A stretch of DNA of 25,687 nt from a candidate division WOR-3 bacterium (GCA_027050205.1 JALUCS010000124.1:1-25687); one strand, 5' to 3'; positions 1 to 9,280 are shown, numbered from the stretch's first letter. A program made the numbers and translations. The notes: generated from the sequence alone by a model not told the origin.

Positions 1-665
1 AAAGACACCTGATTACCAAACTGGGCGCTGTTGAACGATACCGGAGATTTGAACTCCGAACTGCTGAACGATATTCCATCACCAAATTTAACCCATGCAA
101 AATCAACTCTACTATTTGTACCGAAATCAAACTTAGATTCAACAAAAGACACCTGATTACCAAACTGGGCGCTGTTGAACGACACCGGAGATTTGAACTC
201 CGTCCTGTTAAACGATATCCCATCACCAAACTTAACCATTACGAAATTAACCTCATTATTTGTACCGAAATCAAACTTAGCGTTGATGAAAGACACCTGA
301 TTACCAAACTGGGCGCTGTTGAACGATACCGGAGATTTGAACTCCGAACTGCTGAACGATATTCCATCACCAAATTTAGATCCTACGAAATCAACTCTAC
401 TATCTGTACCGAAATCAAACTTAGCGTTGATGAAAGACACCTGATTACCAAACTGGGCGCTGTTGAACGATACCGGAGATTTGAACTCCGTCCTGTTAAA
501 CGATACCCTATCTCCAAATTTGACCCATGCAAAATCAGCTATCATATTTTTACCAAAATCAAGGATAGCATAGATAAAAGATGTCTGATTACCGAACTGG
601 GCGCTGTTAAACGATACCGGAGATTTAAACTTGGAACTGTAAAACGATACCCCATCTCCAAATTT
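1..665. repeat. 144-bp (48-codon) intragenic tandem repeat, four full units plus a diverged partial unit
   Basis: AAAGACACCTGATTACCAAACTGGGCGCTG starts at 1, 145, 289 and 433, with a diverged copy at 577. Confidence 0.95.
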
Positions 666-1160
666 CGCTCTTATAAATTTTGTCTCTCCAAGGAATTTAC
701 CAAAAATAAATAATACCTTATCCCCAAATATCCATCCTGAAAAATCATTTTCACCAACAAACACTGATTTTGAAAATATTGGCTTTATATTTAAATGCGT
801 AAGATTAACTATATTACCATCCTCATCCCCTCCCAACGGCCTCCACAACCTCCCCCACTCCTCCCGACTGAAAGCCGGAAACACAAATCGGCTCATATCA
901 AGGACCCTCGGAGGAGGGGATTCTAAGACTTCTTTGGCATATTTGTGAAATTTAGAGATAAAGTCCTCCTTAATACTGTCCAAATTCTTCGCCAGATTTT
1001 CCCTTTTCTCTTCCCACTTAGGATTGGGCTTTCCCTCATCGTCGTACCGGCTGTCCTCCGACAGATACCACAAATCGTCCTTCCAGTTCCACCCATAGTG
1101 AAAAACGCAGTACTCCGAATTTCTATACACCTCCCTATCACACAGTTTGCACTTATCCAT
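1..1160 (-). CDS. Pentapeptide-repeat protein with N-terminal Cys/His motif (3' end beyond window edge)
   Basis: Manual translation, not in ORF track: ATG at 1160, MDKCKLCDREVYRNSEYCVFHYGW..., open to position 1, with Phe-periodic repeats such as FINAKFDFGTNNEVNFVMVKFGDGISFNRTEFKSPVSFNSAQFGNQVSF. Confidence 0.85.
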   Translation of the reverse strand, partial: MDKCKLCDREVYRNSEYCVFHYGWNWKDDLWYLSEDSRYDDEGKPNPKWEEKRENLAKNLDSIKEDFISKFHKYAKEVLESPPPRVLDMSRFVFPAFSREEWGRLWRPLGGDEDGNIVNLTHLNIKPIFSKSVFVGENDFSGWIFGDKVLFIFGKFLGETKFIRAKFGDGVSFYSSKFKSPVSFNSAQFGNQTSFIYAILDFGKNMIADFAWVKFGDRVSFNRTEFKSPVSFNSAQFGNQVSFINAKFDFGTDSRVDFVGSKFGDGISFSSSEFKSPVSFNSAQFGNQVSFINAKFDFGTNNEVNFVMVKFGDGISFNRTEFKSPVSFNSAQFGNQVSFVESKFDFGTNSRVDFAWVKFGDGISFSSSEFKSPVSFNSAQFGNQVS

Positions 1161-1174
1161 CGGAGTAGGGGGAT

Positions 1175-1180
1175 ATTATA
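1175..1180 (-). promoter_or_regulatory. Candidate -10 box (TATAAT) for the pentapeptide gene
   Basis: ATTATA on the + strand, 14 nt upstream of the ATG at 1160. Confidence 0.5.
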
Positions 1181-1243
1181 CACCGGCAGGGGTGGGAGGG
1201 GGAGTTGGACGGATGCTCTGCTTGGGCTGGGCGGCTTCCCCAG

Positions 1244-1249
1244 TATAAT
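1244..1249 (+). promoter_or_regulatory. Candidate -10 box (TATAAT), leaderless arrangement
   Basis: Perfect TATAAT 8 nt before ATG 1258; no SD present. Confidence 0.6.
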
Positions 1250-1257
1250 ACCACCTT

Positions 1258-2025
1258 ATGTTTGCTATTTACCCCTACTTCCCTTCCTTCCACGTCCCCG
1301 CCAAGGGCCTTTCGGGCCACGTGGGGGCCGATGTCCGTATGGTCTTCTGGAGCATCTCCGTCCCCTCCTACGACCGCTATGGCTTCGCTGGATACCAACA
1401 GACCGACTTCGGGGAGTTCTACAACCTGACCGTAGGTAGCTCCTACCTCGCCTACTCAACCGGCAAAGTGGCCGTAGCCCTCTTTTACAACGACGTACTG
1501 ACCGGAAACGTAAAGGTGGATACCCTAACCTACACGTACGACCACAGGAACTTCGGCGGTGGGATAGCCTTCTCCCCCCTGAAGTGGTTGGCGCTGGGGT
1601 TGGACGCCTTCCTGACCCCAAAGGATAGAGGGGGAGGGGTGGACTTCACCCTACGGTACGAGTACTTAGCGCACTTGAGCGGTGGGGTGTTCTACACCAC
1701 GGGAGGGATACGGTACGACCTCTCCGGATTTTTGGCCTTCCCCGACCCCCGTATGTCCTCCTTGGGAATCTATCTCTCCAACGCCTACGGGACCTCCCTC
1801 CTCCTAAGGTACGAGACCAACATCACCCGCAATAGACGCATAAAGTTAGGGGGAGGATTCATATACGACAGCACTTATACCCCCGTATTCTCAATCGGGG
1901 AGAGGGAAAAACTCGGCAGGTACGATCTGGGGTTTGACGTTACGGTCTTCCCCGTCAGGTATGACCTGAAGGGTATGCGTGTGGAGTGGAACGACGTAAA
2001 GTTGGGCGTATGGGTGGGTTTCTGA
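1258..2025 (+). CDS. Hypothetical protein, predicted outer-membrane beta-barrel
   Basis: 255 aa, rich in G/Y/F with alternating amphipathic strands, C-terminal KLGVWVGF; host-like codon usage; overlaps rsmH start. Confidence 0.65.
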   Translation: MFAIYPYFPSFHVPAKGLSGHVGADVRMVFWSISVPSYDRYGFAGYQQTDFGEFYNLTVGSSYLAYSTGKVAVALFYNDVLTGNVKVDTLTYTYDHRNFGGGIAFSPLKWLALGLDAFLTPKDRGGGVDFTLRYEYLAHLSGGVFYTTGGIRYDLSGFLAFPDPRMSSLGIYLSNAYGTSLLLRYETNITRNRRIKLGGGFIYDSTYTPVFSIGEREKLGRYDLGFDVTVFPVRYDLKGMRVEWNDVKLGVWVGF

Positions 2026-2984
2026 AGGAGTACCACCGGCCCGTTCTCCTTAGGGAGACCCTTGAGGTCCTCGACCTCAAACCCCACCTGGTAGTGGTGG
2101 ATGCCACCTTCGGCTTCGGAGGACACGGTTTTGAGATAGCGAAGAGGGTAGACCCCGGTATCGTTATAGGGTTTGAGAAGGATCCGGAGACCTACAGGAT
2201 AGTCGCCGAATCCCTTCCCCCCATTACCAACATCCGACTCCTCAACCTCGGATACGAGAGGATGGACGAGGGCCTACTGAAGGTGGGAATCCTGACGGTG
2301 GATAGGGTCCTGTTTGACCTCGGAGTCTCCTCCTTCTCCATAGAGGGTACGGGGCGGGGCTTCACCTTCCGCAAGGAGGAACCCCTTGACCTCCGGTTCA
2401 ACCCCAACGAGGGCCGACCGGCCTACGAGTTCCTGAACGAGGCGACGGAGAGGGAGATAGCAGAGGTCCTAAGGAGGTACGGGGAGGAGAGGAAGGCCCT
2501 CCAGATAGCGAGGGAGATAGTCAAGAGGAGGCCCGTAAAAACGACGACGGAACTCGCTGCTATCGTAGACGCCCTCTATCCGCCGCCGTGGAGGAGGAAG
2601 GCCAAGGCGAGGGTGTGGCAGGCCCTTAGGATATACGTAAATAACGAGTTGGAGAACCTAAGGAGGGGTCTGGCCCTGGCGATAAAGCACCTGAAGGTGG
2701 GTGGGATTCTATCCGTTATCAGCTTCCACTCCCTTGAGGATAGGGCGGTGAAATCCCTCAAGGATTTCCCATTCCTGAAGGCCCTAACCCGCAAGCCAAT
2801 CGTACCCTCCGAGGAGGAGGTAGAGGAGAACCCAAGGAGCCGGTCCGCCAAACTGCGGGCGTACATGAAGGTGGCAGAGGTAGATGTCCCCTCCCTCCTT
2901 GAGGATCGCAGGTTCGCCAACCCCTTCCCGCCTATGCGGAAGGAGAGGGGTAGGGGGCGGAGGAGAAAGCGGAGGCGGAGGTGA
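2010..2984 (+). CDS. rsmH: 16S rRNA m4C1402 methyltransferase RsmH (MraW)
   Basis: HRPVLL, DATFGFGGH, DLGVSS, RGFTF, YGEE, QALRIYVNNEL, ISFHSLEDR, NPRSRSAKLR motifs. Start moved to ATG 2010 (track gives 1986). Confidence 0.95.
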   Translation: MGGFLKEYHRPVLLRETLEVLDLKPHLVVVDATFGFGGHGFEIAKRVDPGIVIGFEKDPETYRIVAESLPPITNIRLLNLGYERMDEGLLKVGILTVDRVLFDLGVSSFSIEGTGRGFTFRKEEPLDLRFNPNEGRPAYEFLNEATEREIAEVLRRYGEERKALQIAREIVKRRPVKTTTELAAIVDALYPPPWRRKAKARVWQALRIYVNNELENLRRGLALAIKHLKVGGILSVISFHSLEDRAVKSLKDFPFLKALTRKPIVPSEEEVEENPRSRSAKLRAYMKVAEVDVPSLLEDRRFANPFPPMRKERGRGRRRKRRRR

Positions 2985-3196
2985 AGTTCCGACACATCGC
3001 ACATTTTATACTGATTTCCGTCATAATCCTTGCGAGTGTCATACTCAACTCTTACACCGTGACCCACCTAACGCGGGAGATCTCCCGCAAGAAGGCCCAA
3101 CTTCGTAGGTTGAGGTGGGAGTACGATAGAGTCCTCTACGGTAGGTACGCCCTCTGGCCCAAGTACCTGAAGGAAATCTTAAAGGATGTGCGCTAA
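2981..3196 (+). CDS. ftsL: Probable cell division protein FtsL-like (single TM plus coiled coil)
   Basis: 71 aa, one TM then a coiled-coil-like segment; GTGA overlap with rsmH, the canonical ftsL position. Confidence 0.55.
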   Translation: MKFRHIAHFILISVIILASVILNSYTVTHLTREISRKKAQLRRLRWEYDRVLYGRYALWPKYLKEILKDVR

Positions 3197-3969
3197 CCCT
3201 CGGAAGGGGTGGCCTTTAGCCTGTACGTAAGGAGGAGTAAGCCGGAGAGCATCAGGCCGACGGCTATCCACTGGTTGAAGGTGAGGCCGAGGATGTACGC
3301 GTTAGGCTCGTAGGCACGGGTGAAGTCTACCAAGAACCGCACCAAGGGGGTGAAGATGAGGGCAACGGCCCCCACAACGCCGGGCCGCCTCTGACCGTAC
3401 CGCTTGAGCAGATAGAGGTAGAGGAGGAAGAGGATGGCGTCCCCGACGGACTCGTATATTTGGGAAGGATGGACGGGTACCCCCCCGAACTGAAGGTGAG
3501 GTTCGGAGTACTCCGGATAGACCACACCCCAGGGCAGATCCGTCGGCTTACCGTAGCAGCAACCGTTGAAGAAGCACCCCCACCTCCCTATGGCTATCCC
3601 GAGGGTCACTCCCGGTATGGTGGCGTCTAAGACAGCCCAGAAGTTCCAGCGGTACCGCCATATCGCCCAGAGGATGGGGATAACACCGAGGAGGACACCG
3701 TAGAAGGTCAGGCCCCCCTCCCACACCTTGAAGATCTCGTCTATGTGGTTCTGGAAGTACGACCAGTGTTGTATTACGAAGGCGAGGCGGGCGCCGACGA
3801 TCCCGAAGACCATGGCATAGACCGCCACGTCCCACACCTTGTTCTCGGGGATGCTGAATCGTTTGAGGTGCTTGGCGGCGAACCATACCCCAAGGAGGAC
3901 GCCGAGGGTGACGAGGACGCCGTACGTCCTAAGCTGGAAGAAGCCGAAGTCAAAGAGTACGGGATGCAT
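3193..3969 (-). CDS. lgt: Prolipoprotein diacylglyceryl transferase
   Basis: [44 protein letters not shown] motifs. Start placed at ATG 3969, with TAGAAT 7 nt upstream. Confidence 0.95.
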   Translation of the reverse strand: MHPVLFDFGFFQLRTYGVLVTLGVLLGVWFAAKHLKRFSIPENKVWDVAVYAMVFGIVGARLAFVIQHWSYFQNHIDEIFKVWEGGLTFYGVLLGVIPILWAIWRYRWNFWAVLDATIPGVTLGIAIGRWGCFFNGCCYGKPTDLPWGVVYPEYSEPHLQFGGVPVHPSQIYESVGDAILFLLYLYLLKRYGQRRPGVVGAVALIFTPLVRFLVDFTRAYEPNAYILGLTFNQWIAVGLMLSGLLLLTYRLKATPSEG

Positions 3970-4035
3970 TCTCCCTATTCTACGGTGGCACACCCTTCAA
4001 CCTTAAACTTAACGCCCAAGGAGGTAAAGGGAGAC

Positions 4036-4938
4036 GTGGAAATCAGGATCATAGTACCCGAAGAGAAGCGTCTGGACGTCTTCGGCGTCTACGACGAGAA
4101 GATAAAGGAGCTGCGGAGGATGTACCCCTCCGTCAAGATCCACGCGAGGGGGAGCGAACTCCGGATAAGGGGGTCCCAGGGCGACGTTGAGATGGTGAAG
4201 GAGCGAATAATGGGGATGATGAGGGGTGAGTGGGATCCCCTTGAGGCCGCCATAGAGGACTACGAGGAGGAACCTCCGGAGGACGGCACCATCATCACCT
4301 TCAAGAAGAGGATAAAGCCCCTGACCCCCAAACAGTTGGAGTACGTACGGGCCATAGAGGAGAACGACATCGTCTTCGCCATAGGGCCAGCAGGGACCGG
4401 AAAGACCTTCCTCGCCGTGGCGATGGCCGTCAAGTACCTCCGCGAGGGCAGGGTGGAGAGGATAGTCCTGACGAGACCGGCGGTTGAGGCGGGTGAGAGC
4501 CTCGGCTTCCTACCAGGCTCCTACGAGGAGAAGGTCTATCCATACCTGATACCTCTCTACGACGCCCTCTACTCTATGGTCCCCTACGACCGCGTCCGCC
4601 GTATGATGGACGCGAGGGTCGTGGAAATAGCCCCCCTGGCCTACATGAGGGGGAGGACCCTCTCCGACGCCTTCATAATCTTAGACGAGGCCCAGAACAC
4701 CAAGACCGTCCAGATGAAGATGTTCTTAACCCGCATAGGGCCGAGGTCCAAGGTGGTCATAACGGGGGACATAACCCAGATAGACCTACCCAAACACCTT
4801 GAGTCGGGCTTGGTTGAAGCCGAGAGGGTCCTACAGGGGATAGAGGGCATAGCCTTCGTGTACTTCGGCAAAGAGGACGTCTCAAGGCACCACATAGTCA
4901 AGCGTATCATAGAGGCCTACGACAGAGCCGGAAAGTGA
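4036..4938 (+). CDS. phoH: PhoH family ATPase
   Basis: [48 protein letters not shown]. Start at GTG 4036 after AAGGAGGT; the track's 3745 start lies antisense in lgt. Confidence 0.95.
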   Translation: MEIRIIVPEEKRLDVFGVYDEKIKELRRMYPSVKIHARGSELRIRGSQGDVEMVKERIMGMMRGEWDPLEAAIEDYEEEPPEDGTIITFKKRIKPLTPKQLEYVRAIEENDIVFAIGPAGTGKTFLAVAMAVKYLREGRVERIVLTRPAVEAGESLGFLPGSYEEKVYPYLIPLYDALYSMVPYDRVRRMMDARVVEIAPLAYMRGRTLSDAFIILDEAQNTKTVQMKMFLTRIGPRSKVVITGDITQIDLPKHLESGLVEAERVLQGIEGIAFVYFGKEDVSRHHIVKRIIEAYDRAGK

Positions 4939-6809
4939 TGGACAGCCGCGTCCTCCGGGCGGTGGTCATATCCCTCACCGTAGCCCTATCTTCCCTCTTC
5001 TTCCGTTCCCCCTTCCGTTTCAAGATAAACCAGGTTTCACCGAAGACGATAATAGCCGACCGCGAGATAACCGTTGAGAAGCCGAGGGAGGAGTACGTCC
5101 GGGACTCCATCCGTATAGTATCGGAGGTCCCCCCCGTTTATCGCCCCATCCCTTTTATGCAGCACGTTGAGAGGACCTACGACTCGTTGGTGAAGATAAT
5201 AAACCCCAAGAGGGCGAGGGAGCTGAAGGAGAAGGCCCTGACCTACCTCCAGCGGGGAGTGATCTCGCCGAAACCTTCGGGTACTGTAGTGGTCTATGAG
5301 AACGGCAACTTCAAGCTCGTCCCCACCGACGTACTCCGCTCCCCCTCCGAGATCTGTCTTGAGAACGACACCCTCTGCGCCTTCATCGTCCCGACCCTCG
5401 TCCCCGACTCCTCCCTATGGAAGGTCTACGCCCGGAGGATGTTGGAGGAGAACTTGAGCAGGGTGGACTACGTCGTAAATCCCGGTGAGATAATCGTATC
5501 CAAAGGGCAGATAATAGACTCATCCGCCTACCGCGTCCTGAAGGCCTACGAGGAGGTGATGGTCAAACCCCGAAGGCTCGCCTATACCCTCCTCTCCCTT
5601 ATGATGGCCCTCGTCCTCCTCATCATCTTCTACAGCCGGAAGTGGGACGTACCCTCCGGCGCCTCCGTCTTCGTCTTCTCCGTTGGCCACCTCTTGGAGC
5701 TGACCCTCCACTACTTCCTCTCACTCCCTCCCTTCGTCACCCTTATGCCCTTCGTTGCCCTCTCCGTAGGGGTGTTGGACACCCCGACTATGGCCATAGG
5801 CCTATCCCTCATCACCTCCGTAATCCGGGGTGTGTCCTACGACTTCTCCCTCCTCCTCCCCTTATACATAGGTTCTATGGCATCCGCCTCCGCCTTCAGC
5901 GTCAAGTTCTTCAAGCGGAGGTCCCATTACTTCTTCATCGCCGTAATAGTGGCGATATTCGGCGTAGCCTCCGTACTCGTCTCCGCCCCCTTCGTGGATA
6001 TGGGTAGGGAGGACCTCGTCTTGGCCGCCGTCATCACCGGCGTGGTATCCATCGTCTCCGTTGGTCTGTACGCCGTCCTCATACCCGTCATTGAGGCTAT
6101 GTTCCGGCGAACGACGGAACTGTCCTATATAGAGCTGGCCTCCCTCAACCATCCCCTCCTCAAGGAGCTTTCCGAGAAAGCCCCCGGCACCTTCGCACAC
6201 TCCATCATCGTCGGCAATATGGCCGAGGCCGGAGCCAGGGCCATAGGGGCGAACGAGACCATAGCCAAACTGGGGGGCTACTACCACGACATAGGGAAGT
6301 TGCACAACCCGGAGTACTTCATAGAGAACCAGACGGGAAGAAGCAACCCCCACGACAAGTTGGACCCCGTCAAGAGCGCCCAGATCATAATCTCCCACGT
6401 CAAGAAGGGGGTTGAGCTGGCCAAGAAGTACAGGCTACCGCAGGAGATAATAGACATAATCCGTACCCACCACGGGGACACCCTCCTGTGGCCCTTCTAC
6501 AAGAAGGCGAAGGACCTCGGCCTACCCGTAAAGGAGGAGCAGTTCCGGTACCCCGGCCCCCGTCCGAGGACCCCCGAAGAGGCCATCGTTATGCTCGCCG
6601 ACTCCTCCGAGGCGGCCTCCCGGAGCGCCGAGACCGAAGAGGAGATCCGCAAGATAGTGGATGCCGTGTTTGAGCAGAGGGTGAAGGAGGGACAGCTGGA
6701 TCTGGTGCCCCTATCCCGCCGGGACCTCGCCCAGATAAAGGAAGCGTTTATCCCCATAATATTGACCTTCCGCCATCAGAGGCCGAAGTACCCCTCCCCC
6801 GACGAGTGA
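4935..6809 (+). CDS. 7TM-HD (HDIG) membrane phosphohydrolase, PgpH-like cyclic-di-AMP phosphodiesterase family
   Basis: Extracellular region, about 7 TM helices, [34 protein letters not shown]; standard position downstream of phoH. Confidence 0.9.
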   Translation: MMDSRVLRAVVISLTVALSSLFFRSPFRFKINQVSPKTIIADREITVEKPREEYVRDSIRIVSEVPPVYRPIPFMQHVERTYDSLVKIINPKRARELKEKALTYLQRGVISPKPSGTVVVYENGNFKLVPTDVLRSPSEICLENDTLCAFIVPTLVPDSSLWKVYARRMLEENLSRVDYVVNPGEIIVSKGQIIDSSAYRVLKAYEEVMVKPRRLAYTLLSLMMALVLLIIFYSRKWDVPSGASVFVFSVGHLLELTLHYFLSLPPFVTLMPFVALSVGVLDTPTMAIGLSLITSVIRGVSYDFSLLLPLYIGSMASASAFSVKFFKRRSHYFFIAVIVAIFGVASVLVSAPFVDMGREDLVLAAVITGVVSIVSVGLYAVLIPVIEAMFRRTTELSYIELASLNHPLLKELSEKAPGTFAHSIIVGNMAEAGARAIGANETIAKLGGYYHDIGKLHNPEYFIENQTGRSNPHDKLDPVKSAQIIISHVKKGVELAKKYRLPQEIIDIIRTHHGDTLLWPFYKKAKDLGLPVKEEQFRYPGPRPRTPEEAIVMLADSSEAASRSAETEEEIRKIVDAVFEQRVKEGQLDLVPLSRRDLAQIKEAFIPIILTFRHQRPKYPSPDE

Positions 6810-6856
6810 TGACTCTCCCCACGGAGGTGCCTTTCACCCTTAAAATATCTTCCTCC

Positions 6857-6940
6857 GCCGGGGTGGCGGAATTGGCAGACGCGCATGGTTGAGGGCCATG
6901 TGGGCTTCGGCCCGTGCGGGTTCAAGTCCCGCCCCCGGCA
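6857..6940 (+). tRNA. tRNA-Leu (anticodon GAG); 3' CCA not encoded
   Basis: GCCGGGG/CCCCGGC acceptor stem, D-arm TGGCGGAATTGGCAGACGC, anticodon arm CATGG-TTGAGGG-CCATG, long variable arm GGGC-TTCG-GCCC, T-loop GGTTCAAGTCC; TAAAAT at 6841. Confidence 0.97.
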
Positions 6941-6982
6941 CTTTTTTTATCCGGAGGGGCGACCACGGGGCCGTCCCGATGG

Positions 6983-7012
6983 TACCTTACTCGTGAAGGC
7001 GCGGGTAAGGTA
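6983..7012 (+). promoter_or_regulatory. 13-bp hairpin immediately upstream of the speD Shine-Dalgarno
   Basis: TACCTTACTCGTG-AAGG-CGCGGGTAAGGTA pairs fully (two G-U); followed by AAAAGGAGGT and a TTG start. Confidence 0.6.
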
Positions 7013-7028
7013 AAAAGGAGGTAGAGAA

Positions 7029-7460
7029 TTGGAGAAGGAACTGGAACACACGACCATCGGGGAGCATTACATAGTGGAGGCTTCGGGGTGCGACCCCGAA
7101 ATCATAGGGGACGTGGAGAAGGTCCAGGAGATCCTCGTTGAGGCCGCCAAGGAGGCCAACGTTCAGATATGGTCGGTCTCCTTCCACCGTTTCGCTCCCA
7201 ACGGCGTCAGCGGGGTCATCGTCATAGCCGAGTCGCATATCTCCATCCACACGTGGCCCGAGGTCGGGTACGCCGCCATAGACATATACACCTGTGGGGA
7301 GAGCGCCCTCCCGGAGAAGGCCGTGGAGTTCGCCGTAAAGGCCTTCAAGGCCAAGTACGCCCACATAACCGAGCTGACCCGCGGTATCCACGACGGGGAC
7401 CACATATACTACCACACCCTGACGACCTGGGAAGAGGTGGGTAAGGGGGAGAAGGTATAA
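7029..7460 (+). CDS. speD: S-adenosylmethionine decarboxylase proenzyme (pyruvoyl-dependent)
   Basis: GVSGVIVIAESHISIHTWPE with ES cleavage site, and DIYTCG; TTG start with strong SD. Confidence 0.9.
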   Translation: MEKELEHTTIGEHYIVEASGCDPEIIGDVEKVQEILVEAAKEANVQIWSVSFHRFAPNGVSGVIVIAESHISIHTWPEVGYAAIDIYTCGESALPEKAVEFAVKAFKAKYAHITELTRGIHDGDHIYYHTLTTWEEVGKGEKV

Positions 7461-8125
7461 GGGTAGCCCTCGTCCTACCCTGCTACAACTGTTTCCCGGA
7501 GGTTGAGGGAGTTTTAGAGGATTACCTATCGTACTTCCCACCCGGAAACGTCTTCCTCGTTGATGACGGTTCGGAGACTGGGGACTTTGCCTCGTTAAGG
7601 AGGCGGTACGGCATAAACGTCCTCCACCACGGGGAGAACCGCGGTAAGGGGGCGGCCCTCAAGACGGGCTTCGCCGAGGCCCTTAAAAGGGGATACACCC
7701 ACGTACTGACGGCCGACGCCGACGGTCAGCATCCGGCCACCTACGTACCCCTCTTCCTTGAGGCTGGACACACCTACGACCTCGTCATAGGTTCCCGGAG
7801 GGGAGAGATGGGGAAGATGCCCCTCCACCGCCTCCTCTCCAACCGCATCACCTCCACCTTCATATCCGTTATGTTAGGCAGGAGGATAGAGGACAGCCAG
7901 TCGGGCTTCAGGCTCGTAAAGGCGGAGGTCCTAAGGGCGGTGAAGTTGAAGAGGGACAGGTACGATATGGAGTCGGAACTCTTAGTGAAGGCCGTCTGGA
8001 TGGGGTTCTCCGTCGGCTTCGTCAGGGTGGGGGTGGTACCTTCGGGCAAGTCCTTCATCCACCCCTTCAGGGACGTCTTCAGGGCGATAACCTTGGCCTC
8101 TGAACTTCTCCTGTCTAAAGCTTAG
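7457..8125 (+). CDS. Family 2 glycosyltransferase (DPM-synthase-like); apparent ATA start
   Basis: Frame open from 7445: IRVALVLPCYN, VDDGS, NRGKGAAL, DADGQH, VIGSR, DSQSGFR. No ATG/GTG/TTG before 7808, so the track truncates it. Confidence 0.85.
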   Translation: MRVALVLPCYNCFPEVEGVLEDYLSYFPPGNVFLVDDGSETGDFASLRRRYGINVLHHGENRGKGAALKTGFAEALKRGYTHVLTADADGQHPATYVPLFLEAGHTYDLVIGSRRGEMGKMPLHRLLSNRITSTFISVMLGRRIEDSQSGFRLVKAEVLRAVKLKRDRYDMESELLVKAVWMGFSVGFVRVGVVPSGKSFIHPFRDVFRAITLASELLLSKA

Positions 8126-9242
8126 CTTTTATCCGGTTTATCCAGAGGGACCGCAGGAAGGCGGCGGCTGGGACGGCGAGGATGACCCCCAGGGCGCCGA
8201 AGAGGGTCGCCCCGATTATCAGGGAGAGCATAACCAGGACGGGGTGGATCCCGACGCTCTTACCGAGGATCCGGGGCGTGAGGACGAGGGTCTCCAAGAG
8301 TTGGTCAGCGGCGAGGACGGCCCCGAACTTCACAAAGGCCACCAAGAGGTTAGGCTCGGATACGAGGATTATCATGGAGCCGAAGAAGACGGTCAGGGCG
8401 AAACCGATGTTGGGGACGAGGTTGAAGACCCCCGCCATAAACCCTATAAGGAAGCCGTACTTTATACCGAGGATCTGCAGGGACAGCCCCACGAAGGTAC
8501 CCACCACTATGGCGACGGTGACCTGACCCCGGAAGTACTGGGCGAGGAGGACGTACATCTCCGATAGGATGCCCTTGAACTCGTCGGGGACGAGCCTGTC
8601 CAACTCCCTGCTCAAGGCCTCCGTGTCCTTCAGGACGTAGAAGCCGAGGACGAGGCCGATGAGGGTTGAGAAGGCCATCTCAATTGAGGAAGACAGAAGG
8701 GAGGGGATGTTCTTCAGGACGGAGGACACTCCGGGCAGGGAGGATAGGAGGCTGTCCCGGAGCTGGAGGGCCAACCTTACGAGGTCGTCGGGGACGTCGT
8801 ATCGCCTTAGGAGGGTGGCGAGGTCCCTGTTGAGGAGGAGTACCTCCTGAAGGGAACGCACTATGTCCGTAATCTGGAGATAGACCTGGTAGGTTATCAG
8901 GCCGCCGGCGAGGACGCTCAAGGCAAACATTCCGAGTATGATGATGGCGGCGCTCAATCCCCTCGGTACGTGCCACTTCTCAAGGCGACGTACTACGGGG
9001 AGGAATATGAAGGCTATGACGAGGGCGAGGCCAACCGGCCAGAGGACGCTGGAGGCGAGCTTCATAACCACCAGAGCGGTTATACCCAGGGAGACCGCCC
9101 CCCAGAACCTCTCCCCCGCCCTGTAGAAGGCCATCGTGGATAGTACCAACAGAATGAAGGGACCCCAGAGGCCCTTGAAGGCGAGGAGGACGGATACAGT
9201 CAGCAACGTAAAGCCGCCTACGAGGAACACGAGGTTGGCCAA
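8115..9242 (-). CDS. AI-2E (PerM/YhhT) family transporter
   Basis: Multi-TM 375 aa, YFRGQ, FNLVPNIG, LTPRILGKSVGIHPV, GALGVILAVP motifs. Confidence 0.9.
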   Translation of the reverse strand: MANLVFLVGGFTLLTVSVLLAFKGLWGPFILLVLSTMAFYRAGERFWGAVSLGITALVVMKLASSVLWPVGLALVIAFIFLPVVRRLEKWHVPRGLSAAIIILGMFALSVLAGGLITYQVYLQITDIVRSLQEVLLLNRDLATLLRRYDVPDDLVRLALQLRDSLLSSLPGVSSVLKNIPSLLSSSIEMAFSTLIGLVLGFYVLKDTEALSRELDRLVPDEFKGILSEMYVLLAQYFRGQVTVAIVVGTFVGLSLQILGIKYGFLIGFMAGVFNLVPNIGFALTVFFGSMIILVSEPNLLVAFVKFGAVLAADQLLETLVLTPRILGKSVGIHPVLVMLSLIIGATLFGALGVILAVPAAAFLRSLWINRIKAKL

Positions 9243-9280
9243 GGGAGGATTTTAGGGGCGATGGGGCCTAAAAGGAGGAT

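Noticed and set aside
1..665. Regular repeats as a CRISPR array or DGR template/variable pair
   Set aside because: The period is 144 bp, in frame and coding, the intervening segments are homologous rather than unique spacers, and no cas or reverse transcriptase gene is in the window.
923..1621. Track ORFs 923-1183, 945-1439, 1153-1398, 1205-1429 and 1265-1621
   Set aside because: Shadow frames over the pentapeptide gene and the 1258 gene; no recognisable motifs.
3745..4035. 97-aa N-terminal extension of PhoH
   Set aside because: Mostly antisense to lgt; a -10 box (4004) and SD support GTG 4036.
6857..6960. tRNA-Leu as an integration site for an island
   Set aside because: No integrase and no duplicated tRNA 3' end seen; downstream composition is host-like.
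6983..7020. Hairpin as an intrinsic terminator
   Set aside because: No U-tract 3' of the stem on either strand; it is followed by A-run and SD.
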